Assembly (NCBI GenBank): GCA_965205645.1
Contig: OZ242172.1
Location: 120,863 to 184,862, forward strand
Direction: 5' to 3'
DNA: 64,000 nt
Source of the DNA: Bdellovibrionales bacterium
GTDB lineage: Bacteria > Bdellovibrionota > Bdellovibrionia > Bdellovibrionales > UBA1609
The notes under the pieces are model-generated. The model saw nothing but the letters and a program-made list of their open reading frames with translations, did no database searches and was not told the DNA's origin. Each line of letters opens with the position of its first letter. Position 1 is the first letter of the stretch. Positions 46,816 through 55,857 of this stretch are shown here, in pieces. The position numbers were made by a program, and so were the translations under genes.

Positions 46816-47579
46816 TTTCTCATCCAGTTCAAAGCTTGCGATCGATAATCACTTTCTAAATCTTTAGATAAAAAAATCTGTAGATCTTGTTTGGCTTTCT
46901 TCAATTGTCCCGTTTTATAATGGATCAAAGCAGAAAAATAATATGATTCAAAAGTAGGAGGAGTACAAGTAGGAGGAGCATTTTGACACCAGGTTTTAGC
47001 TGACTTAAAAATTGACATAGCAGCTGTAAAACGATTTAAAAAATATAAACTCTTTCCATGATATAAAGCAATCGCACAATTTTGTGGTTGGATTTTACGA
47101 GATACACTAAAATATCTTTGTGCCGGATGAAATTGCTTTTTTTTATAATAAGCAAAACCTAGATGCGCATGAATATTCTCCGGATTCGCGTATGTTAGAT
47201 CTTCCTTAGCTATTTTTAAATGTCGAATAGCTGATGAAATATTATTAGTTTCTATTAAACTGCGCGCTAGATCTATTCGTGCTGGCGTAAAATTCGGTTT
47301 TAATTTAAGTGCTTTCTGTAAAAACTTTGTCGCTTTATCATATTTTTTAAACTGAAAATACACAAGACCTAAACTGTGATACAAATCAGGATCCAAGGGA
47401 TTAAATTTGACCGCTTGATTTAACTCCTTTAGTGCTTCTGCAAACTGACATTTGTGTATCAAAGAAATTGCCAAATTATGATACGTTCGACTTTTAGCAG
47501 TTTTTTGATTGGATACGCACGACAAAGCTAAGCATAAACAAATAAAACCAGCTATTTTACTAAAGATGGCACGGTTCAT
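46800..47579 (-). CDS. TPR lipoprotein (PilW/PilF-like by position)
   Basis: Lipobox 'CLALSC' and TPR repeats. It occupies the slot between ndk and rodZ that holds pilF/pilW in gammaproteobacterial ndk-rlmN-pilF-rodZ clusters. Confidence 0.5.
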   Translation of the reverse strand: MNRAIFSKIAGFICLCLALSCVSNQKTAKSRTYHNLAISLIHKCQFAEALKELNQAVKFNPLDPDLYHSLGLVYFQFKKYDKATKFLQKALKLKPNFTPARIDLARSLIETNNISSAIRHLKIAKEDLTYANPENIHAHLGFAYYKKKQFHPAQRYFSVSRKIQPQNCAIALYHGKSLYFLNRFTAAMSIFKSAKTWCQNAPPTCTPPTFESYYFSALIHYKTGQLKKAKQDLQIFLSKDLESDYRSQALNWMRKWNQK

Positions 47580-47995
47580 TCTATGGATAAATCCTTAAAA
47601 AAAATAGTTAGTTCTCTGGATGCACTTTCCAAAGAATCACTAGCATGTACACAGTTTCGCTCTATACTTTCTCCATACAAAGCACGAATAGTCCCTTCTG
47701 TCGCTTTTGCAGGATCAGTGTGTCCAATAATTCTCCTCACATGAGCCACCGCTCCTGGACCGGATAAGGCCATAACAAATACTGGCCCAGATATAATATA
47801 CTTAACCAGCGATGAAAAAAAATCCTTATCCTGATGCTCTTTATAAAACGTATGACATAATTCGGTTGATACTTTTATTAATCGTGCGCGTAGTAGTTCC
47901 AAACCCTCTTTTTCTAACTGATTCAAAATAGCTCCAATCAGCCGCCGACACGTAGCATCTGGTTTAATCATGCAAAAAGTAATTTCTTGTTTCAT
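47576..47995 (-). CDS. ndk: nucleoside diphosphate kinase
   Basis: 'TFCMIKPD', 'GTIRALYG', active-site 'NCVHASDS'. Confidence 0.95.
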   Translation of the reverse strand: MKQEITFCMIKPDATCRRLIGAILNQLEKEGLELLRARLIKVSTELCHTFYKEHQDKDFFSSLVKYIISGPVFVMALSGPGAVAHVRRIIGHTDPAKATEGTIRALYGESIERNCVHASDSLESASRELTIFFKDLSIE

Positions 47996-48004
47996 TATCT
48001 TATT

Positions 48005-48880
48005 TCATAAATTTTTAAATTGTTTTTTACAAGTACTGCCGATATCTGCCGGTGAATGAACGATTACCACCCCAGCGGACTGTAAAGCTTGTCGTTTACT
48101 TTCAGCAGTGCCACGTCCGCCACTAATAATTGCACCCGCATGCCCCATTCTTTTACCCTCCGGAGCACTCATTCCAGCAATAAATGCAACGACCGGTTTT
48201 TTAAACTCTTTTTTTATATATTCTGCTGCCTGTTCTTCCGCTGACCCTCCAATTTCTCCAATCATTACCACTCCTTCTGTTTGTGAATCCTGATTAAACA
48301 ACTCCAAAGCATCCACGAAGCTTGTTCCAGGTAGAGGATCACCTCCAATACCTACACAAGTGCTTTGTCCTAAACCTAACTGACTCAGCTGCCAAACTGC
48401 TTCATAAGTCAAAGTTCCTGAACGGGATATCACTCCCACCTTTCCTGGTTTATGAATGTACCAAGGCATAATACCAATTTTACACTGACCAGGTGTAATC
48501 ACTCCAGGACAATTAGGTCCAATCAACCGGGTCTTTTTTCCTTTAATAAATTGTTTTACTTTTAACATATCTTGCAAAGGGATGCCCTCTGTAATACATA
48601 CCACCAAGTCTAACTCAGCACTAACAGATTCTAAAATGGCATTCATTGCAAAACGAGGTGGAACATAAATAACAGATGCGTTCGCTCCCGTTTTCCGTAC
48701 CGCCTCCTTTACTGTATCAAACACTGGAAGATCTAAGTGAACAGAACCTCCTTTACCAGGAGTGACTCCTCCTACCAAGAGCGTATCAGTTTTTAATGTT
48801 TCTTTAGAATGAAAAGTTCCCTGCCGGCCAGTAAAGCCCTGACAAATCAATTTAGTGTTTTTATCGACTAAAATACTCAT
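48005..48880 (-). CDS. sucD: succinate--CoA ligase subunit alpha
   Basis: '[12 protein letters not shown]', 'SRSGTLTYE', '[11 protein letters not shown]'. Confidence 0.96.
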   Translation of the reverse strand: MSILVDKNTKLICQGFTGRQGTFHSKETLKTDTLLVGGVTPGKGGSVHLDLPVFDTVKEAVRKTGANASVIYVPPRFAMNAILESVSAELDLVVCITEGIPLQDMLKVKQFIKGKKTRLIGPNCPGVITPGQCKIGIMPWYIHKPGKVGVISRSGTLTYEAVWQLSQLGLGQSTCVGIGGDPLPGTSFVDALELFNQDSQTEGVVMIGEIGGSAEEQAAEYIKKEFKKPVVAFIAGMSAPEGKRMGHAGAIISGGRGTAESKRQALQSAGVVIVHSPADIGSTCKKQFKNL

Positions 48881-50055
48881 ACAGCAGATCCGGTAAGAGA
48901 AATAATTTTTTTAGCAGCAGAAGACAAATCATTCGCAAAATGTATATCCAGTCCAGATTGATTGAGCACTTCACGCGCTTGCTTTGCACGAGTTCCCTCC
49001 AGACGAACTACTACAGGTAGGGTAATATGTAATTTACGAATAGCCCGCACTAAACCTTCCGCAATTAAATCACATTGAACAATGCCACCAAAAATATTAA
49101 CTAAAATACCTTTTACTGCTGAGTCTTCTTTTAAAATCCGAAAAGCCGCATCTACTTTCTCTGCGTTAACTCCACCTCCCACATCTAAAAAATTAGCTGG
49201 TTCGGCGCCTTCTAGTTGCACAATATCCATGGTAGCCATAGCGAGACCGGCACCGTTAACTAAACAACCGATATGTCCACCGAGCTGTACAAAGCTTAAA
49301 TCATACTTTAAAGCTTTTTGTTCTGCCGGAGGTAACTCACGAACATCTTGTAACGATTTTATCTCTTCTTGTCGAAATAAAGCATTGTCATCTATGCTTA
49401 CTTTTGCATCTAAGGGAATTAAAATAGATTGATCGCCACTGGCCACTAAAGCTAAAGGGTTAATTTCAATTAAAGTAGTCTCTTTTTGTATCATTAAAGC
49501 AAACAATCGATGAATCATATCTTTTAAATTGGAAAAGTGCTCACTTGGAAGATTAAAAAACTTTAATAAATCCCATACTTGAAAATCCAAATAACCAAAT
49601 AGAAAAGAAAGTTTAGCTTGAAATATTTTATGAGGAGAACTAGCCGCTGTTTGCTCAATAGTGACACCACCTTCTCGGCTAGCAACCAGGCTTAAGGTTC
49701 CTTGTTCCCTGTTAAACAATAAAGCCAAGTAAAACTCCTTTTGTATTTGGCATCCTTGCTCTACTAACACTTGATGAACTATTTTGCCATTAGGCCCTGT
49801 TTGATGAGTGATTAATTTACTACCGATTATTTGTGTAGCTACTGTTTTTACTTCTGATAGCGTACGCGCTTTTTTAATACCACCAGCTTTTCCACGCCCT
49901 CCTGCATGCACTTGCGCTTTAACAACCCAAAAATCTCCACCTAAATTACGTGCGATTTGTTCTGCTTCAGCTCCACTAGCAGCTAATGCTCCTTTTAATG
50001 TTTGAATGCCAAAAGAACGAAATAAAGCTTTCGCTTGATACTCATGAATATCCAA
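48877..50055 (-). CDS. sucC: succinate--CoA ligase subunit beta
   Basis: 'IHEYQAK', '[15 protein letters not shown]', 'NIFGGIV'. TTG start. Confidence 0.96.
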   Translation of the reverse strand: MDIHEYQAKALFRSFGIQTLKGALAASGAEAEQIARNLGGDFWVVKAQVHAGGRGKAGGIKKARTLSEVKTVATQIIGSKLITHQTGPNGKIVHQVLVEQGCQIQKEFYLALLFNREQGTLSLVASREGGVTIEQTAASSPHKIFQAKLSFLFGYLDFQVWDLLKFFNLPSEHFSNLKDMIHRLFALMIQKETTLIEINPLALVASGDQSILIPLDAKVSIDDNALFRQEEIKSLQDVRELPPAEQKALKYDLSFVQLGGHIGCLVNGAGLAMATMDIVQLEGAEPANFLDVGGGVNAEKVDAAFRILKEDSAVKGILVNIFGGIVQCDLIAEGLVRAIRKLHITLPVVVRLEGTRAKQAREVLNQSGLDIHFANDLSSAAKKIISLTGSAV

Positions 50056-50074
50056 ATTATTTTATTCTCACTTT

Positions 50075-51007
50075 CTAAATATTTGGTAGTTGTTCCACCT
50101 GGGAACGTACTACATGGGCAGAATTTTGAAATTGTTTTTTTTCATCTTCTGTTAAAGAAAGCTCCATCACTTTCTCTACACCATCTCTACCAATCCGGCA
50201 CAAAACCCCCATAAATAAATCCTTTATGCCATATTGCCCATCTAAATAAGTACTAACTGGTAAAATACGTTTACGATCTTTAAGAATAGCTTCTACCATT
50301 TCCACCACACTTAAAGCAGGAGCATAATAAGCAGAACCGGTTTTTAAAAGTGATACAATTTGTGCACCACCTTTTCTTGCTTTTTCCACTAAAGCCTGTA
50401 CTCGTTCAGCAGGTAAAAGATCGAGCAGTGGAATACCTCCTACGCAACATAGCCGCGGCACTGGCACCATCGTATCTCCATGTCCACCTAATACAAAAGC
50501 TTGTACATCCTGCACACTAACATTCAATTCCTGAGCAATAAAAGTTCGAAAACGAGCACTATCCAATACTCCTGCCATACCCATAATGCACTGCGTATTA
50601 TTGTTTAATACCTTCCAAGCATAATAAGTCATTACATCTACAGGATTAGTTACCACAATAATAAAAGCCTTGGGCGCATATTTTTTAATCTGCTCACAAG
50701 CATTCAATATCACTTTCGCATTGACCTGCTGTAAATCATCTCGACTCATTCCTGGCTGACGCGCTATGCCAGCTGTAATAATCACTACATTTGATGCTTG
50801 AATATCCTGGTATTGAGAAGTGCCATAAATATAAGAATCTGCACTGACTAATGGCGAAGACTGCATAAGATCTAAAGCCCGTCCTTTAACCAAAGATTCT
50901 TTTAGATCTAATAAAACGATATCGCCCAAATCACGACTGAGAAGCCAATGTGCGCAAGTAGATCCAACAAACCCTCCGCCAATAATGGCTATCTTAGAAC
51001 GATTCAT
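50075..51007 (-). CDS. mdh: malate dehydrogenase (LDH-like family)
   Basis: 'IAIIGGGFVGS', 'GIARQPGMSRDDL' (Arg at the substrate-specificity position), 'GGHGDTMVP'. Confidence 0.93.
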   Translation of the reverse strand: MNRSKIAIIGGGFVGSTCAHWLLSRDLGDIVLLDLKESLVKGRALDLMQSSPLVSADSYIYGTSQYQDIQASNVVIITAGIARQPGMSRDDLQQVNAKVILNACEQIKKYAPKAFIIVVTNPVDVMTYYAWKVLNNNTQCIMGMAGVLDSARFRTFIAQELNVSVQDVQAFVLGGHGDTMVPVPRLCCVGGIPLLDLLPAERVQALVEKARKGGAQIVSLLKTGSAYYAPALSVVEMVEAILKDRKRILPVSTYLDGQYGIKDLFMGVLCRIGRDGVEKVMELSLTEDEKKQFQNSAHVVRSQVEQLPNI

Positions 51008-51019
51008 AATAATTCACAT

Positions 51020-51062
51020 TAAAAAAGAAGTCTCCCGAAGAAGTAAAAACTTCGGGAGACTT
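51020..51062 (-). terminator. rho-independent terminator-like hairpin after the K/R-rich gene
   Basis: Perfect 13-bp stem 'aagtctcccgaag'/'cttcgggagactt' (51028-51040 / 51050-51062) with a 9-nt loop. On the minus strand it is followed by CTTTTTT. Confidence 0.6.
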
Positions 51063-51086
51063 ACAATATATTCAGAATATATCTAC

Positions 51087-51305
51087 TTATCTTTTTTTTC
51101 TACGAGCTTTTTTCTTACGAGCAACTTTTTTCTTACGAGTCACTTTTTTCTTACGAGCAACTTTTTTCTTACGAGTAGTTTTTTTCTTACGAGCAACTTT
51201 TTTCCTTCTTGTTACTTTCTTTTTTCTCTTAGTTACTTTTTTCCTTCTTGTTACTTTCTTTTTTCTTCTTATCACTTTTTTTCTTCTCTTTTTTTTAGCA
51301 GGCAT
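51087..51305 (-). CDS. extremely basic K/R-rich hexapeptide-repeat protein (H1-like nucleoid protein candidate)
   Basis: Start preferred at ATG 51305 after GGGAGGA. The product is 'MPAKKKRRKKVIRRKKKVTRRKKVTKRKKKVTRRKKVARKKKTTRKKKVARKKKVTRKKKVARKKKARRKKR'. The DNA shows an 18-nt periodic repeat 'cttacgagcaactttttt'. A terminator follows. Confidence 0.65.
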   Translation of the reverse strand: MPAKKKRRKKVIRRKKKVTRRKKVTKRKKKVTRRKKVARKKKTTRKKKVARKKKVTRKKKVARKKKARRKKR

Positions 51306-51433
51306 TGCATTCCTCCCTATGTTGAAACATGATGAAAATATTTTCATCGGTTGCTTTTCGCTTTAGTTTTACTTCAAGCTTGCCAACAGTCAATAAAAAA
51401 TATGGTTTCTTTTTTGCATAAGAGTTTTTTATT

Positions 51434-52195
51434 ATGTTGAGTTTAATTATTTTGTTTTTTCATACACTGCTCAACCTCCAATTATTATGGAACATCAGTA
51501 GAGATCGTCGACTAGCTGGTGTGATATCCCCAATGGTCTGGAAAATACTCATCATTTTTAGCATAACGAGTATTCTGTTTATCACTCAGATAACTGTTCA
51601 GTTCTTATTTTTTAAAATTTTATTGCTATATATCCCATCTTTTTTCATTATCTGTCTGCGATATGTGCTTATTTCTGTTTGGCAAAAGCAATTATTGGTC
51701 CAGTTTGAAATCTTCCTCAATCATTTAATTGCGCAAATTAAAATTGGTTGCAGTTTTCGCACTAGTTTTAAAATAGCGTTAACCTGTATTACTTCCTTAT
51801 CTATTGATACACGATTCCGGAATCATTTAACTGGAATATTAGAATCCATTTTATTTTCTAAAAAAATTCACACGGAGCTTTTGTTTTCTCCCTTGCAGCA
51901 AATGATTCAAGAACTGCAAACAGCTGATCGATCTGTGCAATGTCTAGAGCATTTGGAGAACCTGCGTCATTATATCCGGTTAAGAACTTATTTTCGAAGA
52001 AAAGTCCATACAGCTTTATTTCAAGTGCGCATCCAAGCGTTTGTACTCACTGTCTTATACGTTGGACTGTTAGCTTTTGTACTTCATCAATATGGCTTGA
52101 AATACCTGAACGTCCTATTTGTTTCTTTATGTTGTTTTGCTTTTGGATTAATTATTTTATTTCAAATAGGAAAAAAATTTAAATGGACTATTTAG
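51434..52195 (+). CDS. polytopic membrane protein, divergent T2SS-F (TadB-like) candidate
   Basis: 'QFEIFLNHLIAQIKIGCSFRTSFKIAL' and 'LENLRHYIRLRTYFRRKVHTALFQVRIQAFVLTVL' fit the T2SS-F domain pattern loosely. Confidence 0.35.
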   Translation: MLSLIILFFHTLLNLQLLWNISRDRRLAGVISPMVWKILIIFSITSILFITQITVQFLFFKILLLYIPSFFIICLRYVLISVWQKQLLVQFEIFLNHLIAQIKIGCSFRTSFKIALTCITSLSIDTRFRNHLTGILESILFSKKIHTELLFSPLQQMIQELQTADRSVQCLEHLENLRHYIRLRTYFRRKVHTALFQVRIQAFVLTVLYVGLLAFVLHQYGLKYLNVLFVSLCCFAFGLIILFQIGKKFKWTI

Positions 52196-52611
52196 CGCCT
52201 CCTTTGAAAGCTTTACTCACTGTACAGTTAAAAATTAAAAGTGGTTTATCCGTCCGATCTGCTATTCAATCGTACGTACGAGATCATTTAGATTGTCCTT
52301 TTGCTAAGCAAGTGGAACTTTGGTTATTTTGTCATCAAACCGGACACCATTTTGATGACAGTAAATTATCCAAAAAAATCTACCGAAAATCCTTACTAGA
52401 TATTTTTGACAGAGGATTAAAGGGAGAACCTATTTTACAGATTCTACAGGAATTTGAAGAAGAATTAAAAGAAATCAGTTTACAGAATTTAGATCAACAA
52501 ATTCAAAAACTACCTTTTTTAACTTTGATTCCTTTATTTTTATTTCAAGTACCAGCATTTTTATTGCTATTGCTAGCTCCATTGCTACTGGATCTCGGTT
52601 CCCATTTATAA
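52183..52611 (+). CDS. small membrane protein, divergent T2SS-F (TadC-like) candidate
   Basis: 'VQLKIKSGLSVRSAIQSYV', 'IFDRGLKGEPILQILQEFEEELKEI' and a C-terminal TM 'LPFLTLIPLFLFQVPAFLLLLLAPL'. It overlaps the previous ORF by 13 nt. Confidence 0.35.
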   Translation: MDYLAPPLKALLTVQLKIKSGLSVRSAIQSYVRDHLDCPFAKQVELWLFCHQTGHHFDDSKLSKKIYRKSLLDIFDRGLKGEPILQILQEFEEELKEISLQNLDQQIQKLPFLTLIPLFLFQVPAFLLLLLAPLLLDLGSHL

Positions 52612-52697
52612 TGATAAACAATCAATCTAAATGACCACAATACCACGCTTACCAAAACTATAGAATTGCATTATTTGCAATAGCATTTTATTCACTG

Positions 52698-53018
52698 CTA
52701 CAATTCTACAATTTGTGGATAATAAAATTTCTTTAGCAATATTGGATGGACAAATAAAATCTTACTATTTAGTATTAATAAAATATAATTATCGTTAGAA
52801 ATGCCCTGGTAATTTGGCTCATAATTCCCTTTTGATTTTAGTTTGGTTACATTTTCTTTATCCAAAATATTTTTATGTACACTACTAATAAAAGAATAAA
52901 CTGCTCTTAATTGTGTATCAAATATCTGGTACTCTGTTGTTTCTTTTGATTCTTTTTCTAAAGCCGCCTTTAGAACCCCTGGTTTAAAATTCCCGTTTTC
53001 ATCTAGCAATGTATTCAT
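52698..53018 (-). CDS. hypothetical protein (probably longer: frame open 56 codons upstream, see findings)
   Basis: 106-aa ORF. No domain recognised. Confidence 0.35.
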   Translation of the reverse strand: MNTLLDENGNFKPGVLKAALEKESKETTEYQIFDTQLRAVYSFISSVHKNILDKENVTKLKSKGNYEPNYQGISNDNYILLILNSKILFVHPILLKKFYYPQIVEL

Positions 53019-53342
53019 TGTTTTCTGAAGCTTTTTTATTTGCTCAAATGCATGTACATCAATATGTGGCTTAAAAGCTCCAGAGCATTTATTAGATTTA
53101 CCAAATGAATTTGGTAAGCCCCCATCACCTGCTGTCGCAGTGTGTATGTAACCAAAGACTAAAAAATAACAGAAAAATACAATAATTCACACAGCATTTG
53201 TATCAGTATGTAAAAATTTTATCTATATACTATCTTTTTATTAAAAGACTGATTTTGTCCTGAATTAAGACATTTAAATTTATAAACTGATCCAAAAATT
53301 CAACAAGGAAGTGGTAAGTTTTTTGCTAAGTATTTTAACCAA

Positions 53343-53771
53343 ATGTTATTATATTTATTCTTACTAAGTAGTATGGTGTGGGAAGTAACAAGCGCTAGTG
53401 AAACATGGATGCAAGCGAAAAACATAACTGAACTCAAACAATTCATTCAACAAACAAACCGGCAAAAACAATTAAAAACCACCTGCCTGTTCCAACTAAA
53501 AACAAATAAGATTCCTACCGGCTGCTATGAATGGTTATCCTTTCATAATAACCACCACAAAACACATGCCTTGTCTTACCTAGATGAAAAATGCCAAGAA
53601 TTATCCGCTAAATTAAAACAATTGCCAAAAATCAGCCAAATAATGACTAACCAACATTTAAGCCCTTATTGCCGCAAACAACTCAAAAACAAAAAACTCA
53701 TTTTAGAATACCAGCTTAGAGACAAACCATCTGAACAATTACTCAAATGGTATTTTCCAAAACATTTTTAA
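53343..53771 (+). CDS. hypothetical secreted protein
   Basis: 'MLLYLFLLSSMVWEVTSA' is signal-like, with four Cys. It lies upstream of the kinase on the same strand. Confidence 0.4.
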   Translation: MLLYLFLLSSMVWEVTSASETWMQAKNITELKQFIQQTNRQKQLKTTCLFQLKTNKIPTGCYEWLSFHNNHHKTHALSYLDEKCQELSAKLKQLPKISQIMTNQHLSPYCRKQLKNKKLILEYQLRDKPSEQLLKWYFPKHF

Positions 53772-53896
53772 CGATCGATGAAATTTTTTAGATTATTTAA
53801 ACTTATTATGCGGAGCATAATAAAATATTCAAGCGAAAAACCGGCTAATTTTTTATCTTACTTGACTTTTTTATCATTTATTTTATTAGCTGTGTC

Positions 53897-55057
53897 ATGT
53901 CTGTTCGGCTTTATTCGCAGCCGCATACCTATGAAATTCAAGAAATCCTTGGAGAAAGTCTATTTAGTATAGTGTATTTGGCCGTTCGGTTTGACCACAA
54001 ACTTCAAGTTAAACAATCCGTTGTTATCAAAGTATTTAAACAAAGAAAAAGTCCACTCGCTAAATTGCAACTACAGTCTTTGCTTTATGCACGTCAATGT
54101 TCACATTTAGTCAAAGTGCTTGCTTTTGAGTACTTTCAAAACTGGCCAGCTTTAGTGTTAGAACATATTCCAGGATTAAACCTAAAACAGCTTTTACAAA
54201 AAACACAGATAACAGCGGAAGAAAAACAATATATTTGCTCGGAAATTCTTTTAGGACTAAAAGAACTGGAACAAGCTAGGCTCTGCCATGGAGACCTTAG
54301 TTTAGACAATATCTTAATCGATACGCGAGGATCAATTTTATTAACTGATTACGGACTCGCAAATTACGCAGATAAGGATGTATACAGCACCCAACCATTT
54401 AATGCGCCTGAACTTAGTCAAACAGTAAAACCTAATTTTCAATCAGACCTCTTTTCCCTGGGAGTTTTAGAAAAAATTCTTATGAATAAGATTGATAAAA
54501 ACAGTTTAACTGCTATGCGAAACGAACATTTTATCTGTCCGGAAGATCCTCTCTTAGACGTTAATCCACAAAACAGAAAATATAAATCTTTTAACTATTC
54601 TTCAGATACAAAAATTCTCTTAAGCAAAAAAGTGCGGCGAGTTCTAGCCTTAGGTAGTTTAAACCAAACAGTACGCAGTCTACCGTTTTTTCTTCAAAAA
54701 AAACTGTCTTTTATTTTACCAACCAAATGGCTACTTTGCTCTCTTATTTTGATACTACTGATATCATCAGAAATCCCTTTGTTTTCTAATAAATGGCAAA
54801 ACAACACTAATATAAATGATATAAAAACATCTGCATCTGCCAAATTATTTGTCCGCACACGCAAGTGGGTGCATATTCAAATTGCTGGTCATAAAGGCTA
54901 TGCACCAATAACTATTATTCAAAAACCTGGGGTATATAAAATGAAATGGAAAACTCAAACAGCTAGTGGAGAGAAACACATCATTCTCCACCCAGGACAA
55001 AGTATGATTTTAACGGATCAAGATTTTACCAAGTTTCACGGTGCTTTTTACAAATGA
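53897..55057 (+). CDS. Hanks-type Ser/Thr protein kinase with TM and PEGA-like extracytoplasmic domain
   Basis: 'VVIKVFK', 'CHGDLSLDNILI', 'TDYGLA', 'FNAPE'. TM 'LLCSLILILLISS'. C-terminal 'VHIQIAGHKGYAPITIIQKPGVYKMKW'. Confidence 0.85.
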   Translation: MSVRLYSQPHTYEIQEILGESLFSIVYLAVRFDHKLQVKQSVVIKVFKQRKSPLAKLQLQSLLYARQCSHLVKVLAFEYFQNWPALVLEHIPGLNLKQLLQKTQITAEEKQYICSEILLGLKELEQARLCHGDLSLDNILIDTRGSILLTDYGLANYADKDVYSTQPFNAPELSQTVKPNFQSDLFSLGVLEKILMNKIDKNSLTAMRNEHFICPEDPLLDVNPQNRKYKSFNYSSDTKILLSKKVRRVLALGSLNQTVRSLPFFLQKKLSFILPTKWLLCSLILILLISSEIPLFSNKWQNNTNINDIKTSASAKLFVRTRKWVHIQIAGHKGYAPITIIQKPGVYKMKWKTQTASGEKHIILHPGQSMILTDQDFTKFHGAFYK

Positions 55058-55851
55058 TATCCAAAACAACATCTACCCTATTAGGGGTGTTACAAGGATT
55101 TAGTGAATTTTTACCGATATCTAGCTCTGGCCACCTGGCGCTTGTTCGTTGGTGGTTACAATTACCGGCAATAGATTTATTTTTTATATCCGTACTTCAT
55201 TTAGGCACCTTAGCTGCTATTATCAGCGTCTATCAAAAAGAGTTAAAAGGAATTTTATGGCCTAGAGGATTAAATAATGTATTTTATCGACGCATAGGAC
55301 TTGTGATTGCAGCTTTACTACCAACCATCTCCGGCATTTTTATTAAACCTCTTATCGAGCAAAGCTTAAATCAGCCACTCTGGATTGGATGCGCATTTAC
55401 ATTAACTGGACTTTATTTATTTTTCACCAAAAAGAAATCTGCTACCCTTACACTCCATAACAAGGATCATTGGCAGCAACATATTAGTTACCCTAAAGCT
55501 ATTTTAATTGGCGCTGCCCAAGTTTTAGCACTGTTTCCTGGAATCAGCCGCTCTGGATGGACAATTGCAACAGCTTTATTTTTAAACGTCCCTCCAAGAG
55601 ACGCTGTATTTTTTAGCTTTCTACTGGCTATTCCCACAATAATAGGAGCAGCAATATGGGAAAGCAGTAGTCAAACACTACCTTCATTACCAGAGATTAG
55701 CTTGCTTTTTATTGCTTTCATCAGCTCTTATTTAACTGGATATATAGCTTTAAAATGGCTGATTCGCTCTTTACAAACTCATAAGTTTTACTGTTTTGCT
55801 TTTTATCTGTGCCCCTTGGGCTTGTTTGTTATTTTAAATGAATTATTATAA
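55054..55851 (+). CDS. uppP: undecaprenyl-diphosphate phosphatase
   Basis: 'GFSEFLPISSSGHL', 'PGISRSG', eight TM-like segments. Confidence 0.92.
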   Translation: MISKTTSTLLGVLQGFSEFLPISSSGHLALVRWWLQLPAIDLFFISVLHLGTLAAIISVYQKELKGILWPRGLNNVFYRRIGLVIAALLPTISGIFIKPLIEQSLNQPLWIGCAFTLTGLYLFFTKKKSATLTLHNKDHWQQHISYPKAILIGAAQVLALFPGISRSGWTIATALFLNVPPRDAVFFSFLLAIPTIIGAAIWESSSQTLPSLPEISLLFIAFISSYLTGYIALKWLIRSLQTHKFYCFAFYLCPLGLFVILNELL

Positions 55852-55857
55852 ATAAGT

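Noticed and set aside
50985-51332. Plus-strand 115-aa F/S/L-rich ORF opposite the K/R-rich gene
   Set aside because: It is the mirror image of the AAG/AAA-rich repeat and overlaps the mdh start. The RBS and the terminator both fit the minus-strand gene.
53778-53972. 64-aa ORF overlapping the kinase start
   Set aside because: It overlaps the kinase N-terminus, which carries a proper glycine-loop/VAIK context from ATG 53897. There is no support beyond hydrophobicity. A real small membrane protein cannot be fully excluded.
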